From: Octopus vulgaris | Taxonomy: Eukaryota | Direction of reading: 5' to 3' | DNA length: 64,000 nt | Assembly (NCBI GenBank): GCA_951406725.2 | Contig: OX597822.1 | Span: 75,020,001-75,084,000, forward strand | In this document: one piece after another, positions 1 through 13,060 of the stretch | Numbering within the stretch: position 1 is the stretch's first letter | Layout: every line of letters begins with the position of its first letter | The notes under the pieces: generated by a model | Told to the model about the DNA's origin: nothing | What the model saw: only the letters and a program-made list of their open reading frames with translations | The model's database searches: none | Program-made: the position numbers and the translations under genes

Positions 1-87
1 CGAATTACCGTTAAACATTTCGCCCGGCGTCGTAACGTTTCTGCCAGCTCGCCGCCTTAGGTAACGATTAATGCTATTAGCTTTTAA

Positions 88-300
88 GGCTGTGAGCTGG
101 CAGAATCGTTAATACACCAAGCAAAATGCTTACCAGTAATTTGTCCTTTACGCTCTAAGTTCAAATTCCGCCGAGGTTGACTTTACCTTTCATCCTTCCG
201 GGGTCGATAAAATAAGTACCAGTTGAACACTTAGGTCACTCTAATCGACTTATACCTTCCTCTGAAACTGCTGGCTCTGTGCAAAAATTTGAAATCAATA
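88..300 (+). mobile_element. SINE family A (tRNA-like head plus GTCGACTTTGCCTTTCATCCTTTCGGGGTCGATAAAATAAGTACCAG core)
   Basis: Head GAGCTGGCAGAATCGTT...GTTCAAATTCCGCC and core recur more than 15 times in the window; an inverted head fragment lies at 1-58. Confidence 0.8.
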
Positions 301-721
301 TTATTAGCTTTTATTTATTCATTTATTTATATATTTTTAGCTTTGATTAAAAAAATTGTTTACATCATAAGATTATATATATATATACATAATGTCTTCT
401 CCCCGCGGTTAATAACATTTTATCGATAAAAAATTTGAAAGAGTTTCAAGTTTGACATTCACGCACTTGTCTCTGCCGTGCAGTCTCACAACATCCAACC
501 GTTCACCTATAAATGTATGTGTATTTGAATTTCATGTATCTACGCATGCATGATTTTAATTCAGTGCTGTTTACGAGTGAAGAATTTGGTTGTATGTTGT
601 TTACGACTTGTGAAGAATATAAAATATAAGTTGTTTTCGTAGGTGAATAGCTCAAGCTAGTTCAGATCGAACAGATCGCTTAGAATTATAACGTAAACAT
701 CATTGGTAGAAACATATCGTC

Positions 722-1103
722 GTGGCACTCCGTCGGTTACGACGACGAGGGTTCCAATTAATCCAATCAACGGAACAGCCTGCTTGTGAAATTAACGTGC
801 AAGTGGCTGAGCACTCCACAGACACGTGTACACTTAACGTAGTTCTCGGGAAGATTCAGTGTGACACAGAGTGTAACAAGGCTGGCCCTTTGAAATACAG
901 GTACAACAGAAACAGGAAGAAAGAGTGAGAGAAAGCTGTGGGGAAAGAGTATAGTAGGGTTCGCCACCACCCCCTGCCGGAGCCTCGTGGAGCTTTAGGT
1001 GTTTTCGCTCAATAAACACTCACAACGCCCGGTCTGGGAATCGAAGCCACGATCCTACGACTGCGAGTCCGCTGCCCTAACCTCTGGGCCATTGCACCTC
1101 CAC
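722..1103 (-). mobile_element. SINE family C, full length (tRNA-derived head)
   Basis: Head with A/B-box-like motifs; matches the copy at 46481-46852; imperfect TSD GGTAGAAACATAT (705-717) / GGTAAAACATAT (1104-1115). Confidence 0.85.
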
Positions 1104-1457
1104 GGTAAAACATATACATATATGCAATCAATTTAGATGTTCCATAATGTCTGCATAATTTAAAAGATTTTTTGCAAATAAGAAGCAGTTTGGATAAATG
1201 GCTTTTACAATAGCTTCGAGTCAACCGAAGTTCCGTGAGTTAAAATGCATTCATGAATATTTTACAAACCACCGACTGCTCTGTGTCTTCTCATGATTAA
1301 TGAACTTAATCTTTCGATCGATTGACCCAATGATTCTCAGTGTCCATGTGGCCCTTTAGGAGTTCATATAAGGTTTTGCTGTTTAAATTTATGTGCAATA
1401 AATTGGTTTTATTTCTACAATACAAAAAATTCTTGAATTTTTTAATACAATTCTTGG

Positions 1458-1484
1458 CATACATACATACATACATACATACAT

Positions 1485-1543
<59 letters not shown>

Positions 1544-1634
1544 TACATACATACGTACGTACGTACGTATGTACGTACGTATGTATGTATATATATATAC
1601 GTACGTACGTATGTATGTATATATATATATATAT
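1458..1634. repeat. Compound microsatellite (CATA)n/(CA)n/(CGTA)n/(TA)n
   Basis: Direct inspection. Confidence 0.95.
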
Positions 1635-2061
1635 AACAGGATTTTTTAAATGTACATTGAATGGCTGTGTAAGTTCAGAAGAGTAAAATGTAAACCAAAG
1701 GAGCCCATAGGCAAAATAGGATTGAGAATATTTGGATTAATACAACCAACTAGTCCGTGCATACGTAATGATTTCCATTCTGATGAAGCATTCAGATAAG
1801 GGTATGAAACGTCTTGCAAACAGTCGTTTTGGCGTCGCTGTTTAGACGCTGACCTATTTGGCACAAGTAGTTTTTTTGTGCTGGTTAGCCTCAAACTTGT
1901 AATCAATTATAAAACTACTCGACTCCTAAACTTCGTTAAACTTCCGGCCTCACTTTATGGTGGTTGGTGAAATATTGAGGAAACAAGAAAAAGAAAATTT
2001 TTCACACGATGGATTTCCATACGTCTTTGACGAAGAAGAACTAACAGTGAATTTTATTCAT

Positions 2062-2235
2062 TGACACAAGGCCTGCAATTTTAGGAGGTGGGGGATAAGT
2101 CAATTACATCGACCTCAGTGATCGACTGCTACTTATTTTATCGACCTCGGCAGAATTTGAACACAGAACGTAAAAACGAACGAAATGCCGCTAAGCATTT
2201 TGCCCAGCGTGCTAACGATTCTGCTAGCTCGACAC
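2062..2235 (-). mobile_element. SINE family A copy
   Basis: Reverse complement of family A head and tail. Confidence 0.75.
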
Positions 2236-2682
2236 CATGATGAATTTCATTTATTGATAACTAAAACATGAAGGTGAGTGTTTCGCTGATAAACATTTCT
2301 CTGACAGTTATCAGTACTCATATTGAACAGACATATTGAATTCTTCAATATACCTTTTGGTCACTGTTCGTGAATAATTTCTTATCTACTACAGTAACAG
2401 AAGAACTTTGGTTTATCCCTCCCCTACTTAAATCTAAAAATATTACCGTATTGCAAGTCAGTTTTCGTAATCTAACTACTCTGAAGAAAACTAATTTTTT
2501 TTTCGTACGTATATGACTAAGCTGTCAAAATTATCCTTGACATTTGTCTGTGCGTGTTTTAATACCGATCACAAAAGCTTAAGAGACAGCAACAATATAG
2601 TGTCTGTTGTATGAGATATATTGAACTTTTAGTGTGATTTCTGTATTTCACTGAAGTTATTTTCGTGTCTTGTCTCTGTGGA

Positions 2683-3192
2683 CGGAATGAGATGTTTGGG
2701 CGCAGCTGTTTGGACGCCAAGGAATTGCCATGGCTGAGTGGACATTCAGCCTGTTTTGGTGCTGGAGAAAAACGCGCACATGCGCGCGTGCAAACACACA
2801 CATACACACACGCGTTCGCAGGCACACACGCACATACTCACACGCAGATATACGCGCGCGCGCCCACCACTCACAAGCACACATGCGCAGCAATATATAC
2901 ATGCATATAGAAAGAGTGAAAGAGAGAAAGAGACAGACAGAAAAACATAACTATTAATTGATTATGGTTGACATAATTTCCTGCTTTTCATACATATAAA
3001 CAAAAATATAATTACATAGGTGTGGCTGTGTGGTAAGTAGCTTGCTTACCAACCACATAATTCCGGGTTCAATCCCTCTGCGTGGCACCTTGGTCAAGTG
3101 TCTGCTATAACCTCGGGCCAACCAAAGCCTTGTGAGTGGATTTAGTAGACGGAAACTGAAAGAAGCCCGTCGTATATATATATATATATATA

Positions 3193-3227
<35 letters not shown>

Positions 3228-3414
3228 CTGTCTGTCTCCCCCATCATCGCTTGACAACTGATATTGGTGTTTACATCCCTGTAACTTTGCGGTTCGGCAA
3301 TAGAGACCGATAGAATAAGTACTAGGCTTACAAAGAATAAGTCCTAGGGTCGATTTGTTCGACTAAAGGCTGTGCTCCAGCATGGCCGCCGTCAAATGAC
3401 TGAAACAAATAAAC

Positions 3415-3452
<38 letters not shown>

Positions 3453-3565
3453 GAGAAGAAAAGGGAGAAAGAGAGCGCGAGAAAGACATTACAATTTATT
3501 AATCGAACTCGTTTGACATAAGCTCTTTTCATCTACTCATACAAATAAAGGTGAAATATACTCAT

Positions 3566-3611
<46 letters not shown>

Positions 3612-3755
3612 TACAATTTATTAACTAAACTCGACAGACGTAAGCACATTACCTCTTCTCGTACACATAACGTCTGATGTCAAATAAGTCAGCGTCGAAT
3701 CAGTAACGCCAAATAGGCGTCGCCAAAACGGCTGTGCCAAGACGTCTCATAACCG
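2683..3755. mobile_element. Non-autonomous DNA element (MITE) with imperfect TIRs built of GTTT(T)GG(C/A)G sub-repeats, carrying a nested SINE
   Basis: Left CGGAATGAGATGTTTGGGCGCAGCTGTTTGG; right end reverse complement CGGTTATGAGACGTCTTGGCACAGCCGTTTTGG; both ends and the internal segment 3470-3565 match an inverted copy at 45430-45962. Confidence 0.6.
3018..3413 (+). mobile_element. SINE family B, full length (tRNA head, CORE-like ACCTTGGGCAAGT motif, internal TA/TG microsatellite)
   Basis: Matches about 15 other copies in the window. Confidence 0.85.
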
Positions 3756-3900
3756 TTTCCCTACTGCTTGTGGTGACATTATAAAGTAAGGTTTCTTGAT
3801 GTGTGACAAGCTTTCAGTTGGAGCTATTCAATTTCACATAGAAAATGAAACATTAATTCCACAATTTCCTATTTCTGATGCAAAGAAGTTCAACGATCAT

Positions 3901-4023
3901 CTGTGTCACGCTCAGTCTCCCTGAGAACTATGTTAAGAGTACACGTGTCTGTGGAGTGCTCAGCCACATGCACGTTAATTTCACGAGCAGGCTATTCTGT
4001 TGATCAGAACAGCTGGAATCCCA
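3901..4023 (+). mobile_element. SINE family C 3' fragment
   Basis: Matches the tail of 722-1103. Confidence 0.75.
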
Positions 4024-4029
4024 CTGAGG

Positions 4030-4700
4030 AGGGAGCCGGTTTCCAACAAAGATACAAGGCTCCATCTTTGAGATGTAGTTAACACAGACAAATTCACATT
4101 TGAAACTTGAGAAAAATCTTGCATATTTTTACTGTTCCACTCACAGATTGCACTTGCAATGTACGAATCAGCCGGTCAGTTACTCTTTCTGAAAATCACA
4201 GTTCATACAGATTCTCCTTTGAGCATTTACTAACAAAACCTAGTGCTCCAATTATTATTGGTATGGATATAAATCTAAAATCTGGATTTAGAAGCGGGAG
4301 GTTTCGAAGCAGTTGTCCATAGATATCCTCTTTTACTTTGATTTTCAAGGAGATATTTATATCTGCAAGGTAGCTAACCTCTATGATGGTACATATCTTT
4401 GCCCCTCTGACCCAAACAACAATATCCAGCCTGTTTTGTTTACATTTCACAGCAGTTTTGATGGGAATATTTCACCAATATTCCTTGAGTTGGTATTTAT
4501 GAATGTATTCCATAACAAAGGGATTTTCTAAGTTTATTTCAGGACAGTCTTTTTTGCGGATGGCATTGTAAATTGTTTTAGCAACAACATCGTGCCGCAT
4601 TGGAAGGTTTACCGTGACGACATTTTAGGACAGCTGCTAATCACATGCGTAATGTCTTCCACAGAAACATGACTTAGCCTACACATGCGGTTGCACCTTA
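4030..4700 (-). pseudogene. R4/Dong-like (RLE) non-LTR retrotransposon 3' fragment: CCHC knuckle plus PD-(D/E)xK-type endonuclease
   Basis: Minus-strand CRLSHVSVEDITHVISSCPK, RHDVVAK, NRLDIVVW...IIEVS...KEDIYGQL...IPIIIGALG across frameshifts. Confidence 0.8.
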
Positions 4701-4722
4701 CGATTAAAAGAGCGTCACTGTA

Positions 4723-5526
4723 CGTATGTATGTACCCAAAAGTAACCGGAAACGTTCTCTGTGGGGCAAGCCCGTTATAGCTGAGGCTTCCGCCACTGGA
4801 AACCACTTGATGCGATCCTCAGGCATCAATCTGCCGACCGGCATCATTGAATGCGGTCATTCTACAACGTGGTGTGTATTTGTTTTACAAGGCTTCTCTC
4901 CTGTTCGTCGATTTTCCGTGAAATCCTGTTTTCTGCTGGGGAAAACAGAAACAGCTGTCATGCTTCAAACAGCTTACAAGGACGCTGCCATGAGGAAAAT
5001 ACAAGTCTGTGAGTGGTTTTTACGCTTTAGGAATGGCTAAATGTCGCTTGAAGACCAACTTCGTTCAGGGCGATCGTCGACCTTTCGAATGAATGAAAAC
5101 ACGAAAATTCACGAAGGACCGTCACTGAACAGTTAACGAACTTGTTATGACTTGTTATGTGTCTAGGAGTTCCTTCCGACGAATTTTGAGCGAGGAATTA
5201 CGAATGAGAAGACTTACAGCAAAATTTCTGCCTCGCTTACTCACAAAAGAACAAAAGCAGTCACAACTGGATGCGTGTCGTAAAACGAAAGCTGGTGCTA
5301 CGGAATTTGAAGATGTGGAAGAGGTGAAGAAAAAAAAAACGACCGAGGAGTTAAAAGATTTCACTTCGGAAGCGATCCAGCACTGCTTCAGATTGTGGAA
5401 AACGCATCTGGGCCGATGCATTGCTTCAAATAGAGAATACTTCGCAGGCGATAAAAGTTTAAACATAAAACTAAGTGAAAATAAGATAATACTGCAAAAT
5501 TCTGGTTTCCTTTGGGTGCCCACTCG
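4723..5526 (+). mobile_element. Degenerate internally deleted mariner transposon
   Basis: TIR remnants GTACCCAAAAGTAACCGGAA / TTCTGGTTTCCTTTGGGTGC, TA flanks; HTH region VKSCFLLGKT...MLQTAY...EWFLRFRNG*MSLEDQLRSGR; C-terminal W..HLGRCIASNREYF. Confidence 0.8.
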
Positions 5527-6309
5527 TATTTTTAAGTGTGTGTATGCATGCATATGCTTTGATTTTTTTCGATTTGTGTCAGTGTGTATGTGTTTGGAGT
5601 CTATATGTTATTGTGCCTATGTGTCATAATATACGTATACACCTCCGTCTGAAAACCATGAGTAGGAATGCATTAATGGGATTCAAACTTGACCTATATA
5701 GAATGGCTTTCAAGAAGATATCTCGAAACTTGTTATAAAGTTTCCAGGTCAACAACGATTCCAAAAATCCATTGATATCTTTTAAAATATTATTTTAATT
5801 TTTTAAGAAAATTAGTCATTGAATATTTTAATGGTAAGATCATGATTTGTGTGTGTGAGAGAGAGAGAGAGGGAGAGAGAGAGAGTGAGAAGCCACTTAT
5901 GACACTTATATTAAGAGGCTCCTTAGAGCAATAGAAAATGTGCGGATGAAAATATCTAATGCATTGGAAATGTATTAAGAGGGAAAAAAATCATTTGGAA
6001 AATAACAAAAACCTGTTTATATATCGGTTTTATTAGTATTGGTTGTTGACCCGGATTGATGTAATGGGACGGAAATTTTGTGTAAAAGTACACAAGCTCA
6101 ATGAATTACGAATAATTCAAGAATAATCAACTTCACTAATCGTTGAACTGAACTGCTTAACATCAGAAAGGAAGAGAAGTGGCGTTTGTCAAGAATCAGT
6201 CGATCAAAGTTCAATCGTTCAATAATCCAGTCATTCAAAATAAAAAAAAAAACAAAACAAAATAATATAATAACGAGATTGATCTACGATTTCAATCACT
6301 TGTGTATCG

Positions 6310-6493
6310 GTTTCAAATTTTGGCACAAGACCAGTAGTTTTTTTTTGGGTGGGGTGTAAGTCGATTACGTCGACCCTAGTCCTCAACTAGTACTTGCTTT
6401 ATCGACTGCTAATTAACGGGGACGTAAACAAACTGACACTAGTTTTCGACCGGTGTGGAGATAAAAGCAAAGAGGCACATGCATGCACACACA

Positions 6494-6528
<35 letters not shown>

Positions 6529-6700
6529 GATGGACTTCTTTCAGTTTCCTTCTATTAATTCCACTCAAAAGGCTTTGGTCGGTCCGGAGTTACAGTAGAA
6601 TCGGTAGAATCCTCTTGCCCAAGGTGCCGCGAAATGAGATTGAACTCGAATCAACGTGTCTGCAAAGTGAACTTCTCCAACCAAACAACCATGCCTTCAC
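6310..6700 (-). mobile_element. Degenerate SINE family B joined to a family A tail
   Basis: Similarity to other copies. Confidence 0.7.
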
Positions 6701-6729
6701 CTTGTGATGATGTTATTAATTTCTCAAAT

Positions 6730-6910
6730 TAGCACGTCGGACAAACATGATTAGCGGCATTTCTTTCGGCTCGTTTATGTCCTGAGTTCAAATTCCGCCG
6801 AGGCCGACTTTCTCTTTCATCCTTTCGGGGTCGATAAATCAAGTACCAGTGAAATCGACTTATCTCTCCCCACAAATTTTAGGCCATGTGCCTTTAACAG
6901 AAAGGATTCT
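6730..6910 (+). mobile_element. SINE family A copy
   Basis: Family core present. Confidence 0.75.
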
Positions 6911-6924
6911 TCTTGTTATTATTC

Positions 6925-7317
6925 TTTTACTCTTTTACTTGTTTCAGGTATTTGACTGCGGCCATGCTGGAGCACCGCCTTTAGTTGAGCAAATCGACCC
7001 CAGGACTTGTTCTTTGTAAGCCTAGTTCTCATTCTGTCGGTATCTTTTGCCGAACCGCTAATTTACGGGGACATAAACACACCAGCATCGGTTGTCAAGC
7101 GATGCTGGGGGGGGGGTCAAATACAGACACACAAGCACACACACATATATACATATATACGAGGGCTTCTTTCAGTTTCCGCCTACCAAATCCACTCACA
7201 AGGCTTTGGTCGGCCCGAGGCTATAGTAGAAGACACTTGCCCAAGGTGCCACGCAGTGGGACTGAACCCGGAACCATGTGGTTGGTAAGCAAGCTACTTA
7301 CTACACAGCCACTCCTG
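6925..7317 (-). mobile_element. SINE family B, full length
   Basis: Close reverse complement of 3018-3413. Confidence 0.85.
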
Positions 7318-7319
7318 AA

Positions 7320-7535
7320 GGTGGCGCCTGACAGAATGGTCAACACGCTGGACAAAATGCTTAGCGACATTTCTTCCAACTTTGCACGTTCTGAGTTCAA
7401 ATTTGGCCGATTCCAACTTTTCCTTTCATTGTTTCGGGGTCGATAGTATAAATAACAGTTGAGCACTGGGGTCAATCTATTCGGCCTGCTCGTTCCCTAA
7501 AATTTCAAGCCCTGTGCCTATAGATGAAAGAATCA
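7320..7535 (+). mobile_element. SINE family A, diverged
   Basis: Family core present. Confidence 0.65.
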
Positions 7536-7654
7536 TAAATTTCTTCAAAAGCTGCTTCCGGTTTCGTAAATGGTACACAAGAGCTATGTCTGTGTAATGT
7601 TTGTTTTTAAAATCGGACAATGCATGTGAAAGCGAAAAGGTCTTCCTCTTGAAC

Positions 7655-8482
7655 TGCACCGTCTCGACTTACGACCTATGCGAATTACAAATATCCGCTC
7701 TTACGACTCCAATAAATAAATATATAAATAAATCGATTTTCGGACGTTGGGCAGCTGCGCGCACGATAACTATGACAGCATCTAGCAACGCAGGCTTCCA
7801 TCAGACCCAGGCATTCACTGCCTGCCACTGTCTCTCACTCAGTCGAACGCTTATTAAAGGTTGAACGTATTAAGATGCTGTGCGTGGTTATCGTAGGATA
7901 TATAACAAAACAAAAAGAAAAAAAGAAAAATACTAGTCAGATAAATCTCACCATATTCCTCAAAAGACCATCTCAACCCCCAAACAACTGTGAAGATTAA
8001 AAATTTTCAGTTACACTTTTTTCACAGGAACAATTCTTTTTCTTTCGTTTTTGGATTTGGTTTGCAAGCTTCTTTATGTGAGTTCGTGTGTTGAAGCATA
8101 TTCTGTTGTGTCTGGGGAGAGTCATTCTCTTTTAATGCCTTATAATTTAACAGTCACAAGTAAAATTTCCACTCATTTACTTATTTTTCTAAAATTTTCA
8201 TTGCGTCTTGCAACCTTTTCAATAGTTGTTGACAATTTTTTTTATTGCATGCATGCAGAATTCCATTTGTATTAATTTTTACATTAATTTTCAATATTTA
8301 TTTTCGTTTACAGTATAACAGAGTACGTATAGTGTATTTTTCACATTAGGTACAATAATAATGGATTCAATTCTTGTGTTTATATTTTTATAACTCTTGA
8401 ATGTAAAGAACGTTGTAAAATATAAATCCGACATACGACCAGATCGACTTACGAAACGGAACTCGGTCGTATGTAGAGGAAA
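7655..8482. mobile_element. Tigger/pogo-like MITE remnant
   Basis: Left CTCGACTTACGACC, right GGTCGTATGTAGAG with subterminal CGACTTACGA repeats. Confidence 0.5.
8030..8226. repeat. Interspersed repeat, second copy at 36585-36790 (possible PLE 3' end)
   Basis: Direct similarity between the two copies. Confidence 0.7.
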
Positions 8483-8819
8483 AGGTATAATTTTTTTTAC
8501 TCTGGAAATTTTTGACTTAAGGGATAAACCTTAGAAAATCTCGAACGTTCTGAAGAACATGGTTGTGCTTGGCGACATTGATTCAGTGGTCGTAGTAATT
8601 TTTCTTTCAAGTTAAATTTTTTTTACAGAATAAAGACGCTGTTTTATATCTTTTTATTTTGGAATCAGTCATTATTTTTGCCTAAAGGAACTCATTACGA
8701 AGTTACTACCTACATACATGCATGCATAAATTACGTGCTTTCATTCATATAAGCGTGTGTATGTACAGAAAGAACAAATACACACGCATAGACGGGATAC
8801 ACACACGCACACATGTATA

Positions 8820-8871
<52 letters not shown>

Positions 8872-8964
8872 CACACACACATACATCACATATATACACA
8901 CGTATATCTATATATATATCTATACGTATATCTATATATATCTATACGTATATTTATATATATA

Positions 8965-9005
<41 letters not shown>

Positions 9006-9623
9006 CAGTGTGTATATATATATATGAGTGAGAGAAAGCAATGGAGAACGAGAGACAGAGAGATAGATAGAGGGAGGGAGAGTGAGAAAGATTTATGCAA
9101 CAAGAAATTTAATACAATATTTGAATTTTTGATGAAGTGCTCTCCCCCCTGCCTTTGGCTAAGAAATAAGTATCTTTCTCGCGCACAAACTATATTTAAA
9201 ATTGCATATAAGTTTGAATATTTTTTTAACAGAACATAACAAATTTGTTTTATTAATCTAACTTTCTGAACTGCACAAATTTAATATAATTATATTTTAA
9301 ATGTAAAACTGTTGTAAAGAGGCACACATTTGGTCTACATATTCAGTAATGTTGTTAAATACATAAAAAGAATTTTTTTTAATTGCTTGTATTTATTTCT
9401 CAAAACATTGAGTAATGTCAAAAGTATGTTTAAATCTTTTCTCATACAACAGAACGAGAACAAATCCGAAAATAAAATCGGTGAAGTGTCGGTCATCTGA
9501 GTGGCTAACGTGAAGCAAATCATCCCCAATTTAAAAGTATATCGATAAATTCTCCACCTGAAGCTCTTTTTAAATAAAAATCATTTGTTAGAAAATTACT
9601 GTTTTTAAATCTCACAACAGTAC

Positions 9624-9959
9624 TTTGGAGTAAAGAATGTCTGCCAACATAACATGGCAGTCCTGGTCTAGGGTGAAGGTAGCTGTAATATAGCCCCAGG
9701 CTATACAACACTATCTGTGTCCTTATATGTTCGAACAAGGGAATCTAGCATCCCCCCTCACTTAGCTAAAAACAATATCTGTGTATCGCGATTTCCGAGT
9801 GCTAGACTGGGAGTGCTAGATTCTCTAGTTCGAACATATAAGGACACAGATCGTGCCGTATAGCCAGCTGGAGACGATGTCTCCTGGGGGTAAATTACAG
9901 CAACATTAGTCCTAAGCCAGGACTGCCATGTTATGTTGACAGATAATCTTTACTCCAAA
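9624..9959. mobile_element. Foldback-like palindromic element (about 130-150 bp imperfect arms, about 50 bp spacer)
   Basis: TTTGGAGTAAAGA...CAACATAACATGGCAGTCCTGG pairs with CCAGGACTGCCATGTTATGTTG...TCTTTACTCCAAA. Confidence 0.75.
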
Positions 9960-10079
9960 AATCATCTGATCAAGATCCCTTTTTGCCAGGCGAGATGAAG
10001 AAAGTAAAGGTTTTGAGGCCAGCTGCAAATGAGAAGGCTAGTTACAGAACTCCTCAAGAGAAAGTATAGATCTTTTAAC

Positions 10080-10260
10080 TGGTACTCCGTCGGTTACGAG
10101 TATTCCAGTCCATCCGATCAATGGAACAGCCAGCTCGTTAAATTAACGTACAAGTGGCTGAGTACTCCACAGATACATGTATTCTTAACGTAGTTCTAAA
10201 GAAGATTCAGCATGAAACAAAATCTGACAAGGTTGGCCATTTGGAATACAAGTACAACTC
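10080..10260 (-). mobile_element. SINE family C 3' fragment
   Basis: Similarity to 722-900. Confidence 0.7.
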
Positions 10261-10288
10261 ATTTTGGACAACTGCGAGGAGTGGAGCA

Positions 10289-10625
10289 ACCTACCTACCT
10301 ACCTACCTACCTACCTACCTACCTACCTACCTATCTACCTACCTACCTACCTACCTACCTGTCCGCCTACCTACCTACCTACCTACCTGCCTACCTGTTT
10401 GCCTACCTGTCTGCCTACCTACCTGCCTACCTGTTTGCCTGCCTGTCTGCCAACCTGTTTGTCTGCCTTCCAGTCTACCTGCCTGCCTGCCAGTCTGCCT
10501 ACCTGCCAGTCTGCCTACCTGCATGTCTGTCTACTTGCCTACCTGCCTGCCAGATTGCCTACCTACATGCTTGCTTGTCTACTTGCCTACCTGTCTGTCT
10601 GTCTACTTGCCTACCTGCCAGTCTG
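10289..10625. repeat. (CCTA)n microsatellite grading into CCTG/TCTG variants
   Basis: Direct inspection. Confidence 0.95.
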
Positions 10626-10939
10626 ACTTTCTGCATATGTATACGTGTGTTTGTGTGCATGCATGTGGGTGCGTGGCGAGGAAATTTTTTTCTGCCGAAA
10701 TTTGAAAATAAAATTTCGACATCGTCTCAAGGAAATTGTCAGACGCTACGCTTCTCCAGAAATACTTGTCTGTATTATACAGAACAATTTACAGTTTCTT
10801 TGTCGGTTTCTCTTTTTCCTTTTTAGATTTTTAACGTTATTTCTAGATTCAATTTTAACAACAAATATTTGAGAAACGAACAGCGGCACCGAATCAACAA
10901 TCTTCCTCTTTGGCGTTTAGTTATTTCTTCGCATATAGA

Positions 10940-11415
<476 letters not shown>

Positions 11416-11623
11416 AAAGTTGAAAATGAACTTGGAAGTTTTTGAAACATTTTATTCAAATTAACTTAACCGGGTTCACAATTCATTATTTTCAAAAGTC
11501 AATCGAAAGTGATGAAATTGTTCAACTGTTGAAGTGAATTTGAATAAATATTTAAGTTTCCATGTGCTCTTTCAACAATTTCATTTCCTTCTATTTCTAC
11601 GTGTATGGAAAAGTTTCTTCTTC

Positions 11624-11656
<33 letters not shown>

Positions 11657-12224
11657 AAAGTATAATGGTCACTAGCGAATATGTAAGTACTATGTTATCG
11701 TAATTTTGGTGGTGGTGGTGGTGGTGGTGGTGGTGGGGGCAATGTACTCGTGAGCAGCTGTTGATATCCTTTTAGGCCTGGAACACGTTGCTCAACAAAC
11801 TGTCGAAGATGTAACCTCTGGGAAGAATAAGTTGGGCCCGCATGTTATCACATACATAGTCATGCATACATACATATACATGTACATACACATATTCATA
11901 GATATATACACACACACACATATATACATATATATGCATACACACATACACACACACGTATATACATATATACACACATACACACACACATATACATATA
12001 CACATATTCACATGCATCCACACATACATGCATATATACACATACATACATGCATACATACTCATACATACATGCTTACATACTCATAATACATGCTTAC
12101 ATACACGTACATGCATGCATACATACACACATATATACACATACACGTATATATACAAATACATACATATATGCATGTACATATACATACATACATACAC
12201 AGACATGTACATACAGACATGTAC

Positions 12225-12522
12225 AAATCACCTATCTGTCCGGCACATCGATAAAAGTAATGCAAATAAGTTGGCTAGCAACCTATGGAATTTAAAGGGC
12301 AGCACCACACCGCATACAATTAAGTGGAGAAAAGTAGAGAAATCCAAGTCATATGTTAACGGATTTAAGAAATGCTACTTATGCGTAGCGGAAAGATTTC
12401 ATATTCTTAGATTCAGCAAATTCCAACACACAACTTAATTCCAGATCTGAAAGTTTTAGTAGGTGTAGACACATGGACAGATTTCTCCTATCGAATTGGA
12501 GGGTACCACCCGCTCCGGAATG
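12225..12522 (+). pseudogene. Penelope-like element GIY-YIG endonuclease C-terminal fragment
   Basis: NH..VRH...N...LA..LWNLK.....IKW..VEKSK.Y..G.KKCYLCVAE..(frameshift)..LNSRSE..SRCRH..RFLL, matching the PLE C-terminal pattern. Confidence 0.8.
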
Positions 12523-12756
12523 AGTTGCTGTCTCGCAGACTTACACATATTTTCTATTATTTTCTTCTATACCAGTTGTATTTAATGAGTTTTCTGCAAT
12601 CAGGGAGGACGAGGATCTTAGTTTTCTTAATTTCGTTTCTTTTTTTTTTTTTCTCGTTCAATTTTATGCAGTAACATTTTTCACGCTTTTCCACGCTTCT
12701 TCTTATTTTCTCGCTGCCCAGCGTCCTTGTTCATAAAATATATATAACGCATGAAC

Positions 12757-12843
12757 AGAGCCTGAAAGATTGCTTGGAGATACATGGCGTATTTTATAAA
12801 TATGCCTGTTCATGTATCATAAAAGCATGAAACTATTAGCTCT
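12757..12843 (+). ncRNA. Degenerate hammerhead ribozyme in the PLE 3' pseudo-LTR
   Basis: Stem I AGAGC/GCTCT, core CTGAAAGA (one extra A), long branched stem II (TGCTT/AAGCA; GATACATG/CATGTATC), GAAAC TATTA. Confidence 0.55.
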
Positions 12844-12879
12844 TTTGGTTGTGTATTAAATTGATATGTGTATGTGTGT

Positions 12880-13060
12880 ATCCAACCACCGCTTGGAAAC
12901 TGGTGTTGGTGTGCTTACGTTCCCGTAATGTAGCGGTGCAGCAAAAGAGACCGATAGAATAAGTACCAGGTTTAGAAAGAAAGTCGATTACTTCAACTAA
13001 AATTCTTCAAGGCAGTGCCCCAGCATGGCCGCAGTCTAATGAATGAAACAAGTAAAAGAC
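12880..13060 (+). mobile_element. SINE family B 3' half
   Basis: Matches family B tail. Confidence 0.75.

Noticed and set aside
6985-7446. Recurrent ORFs ending PRSGTEPGTMWLVSKLLTTQP
   Set aside because: Antisense read-through of SINE family B.
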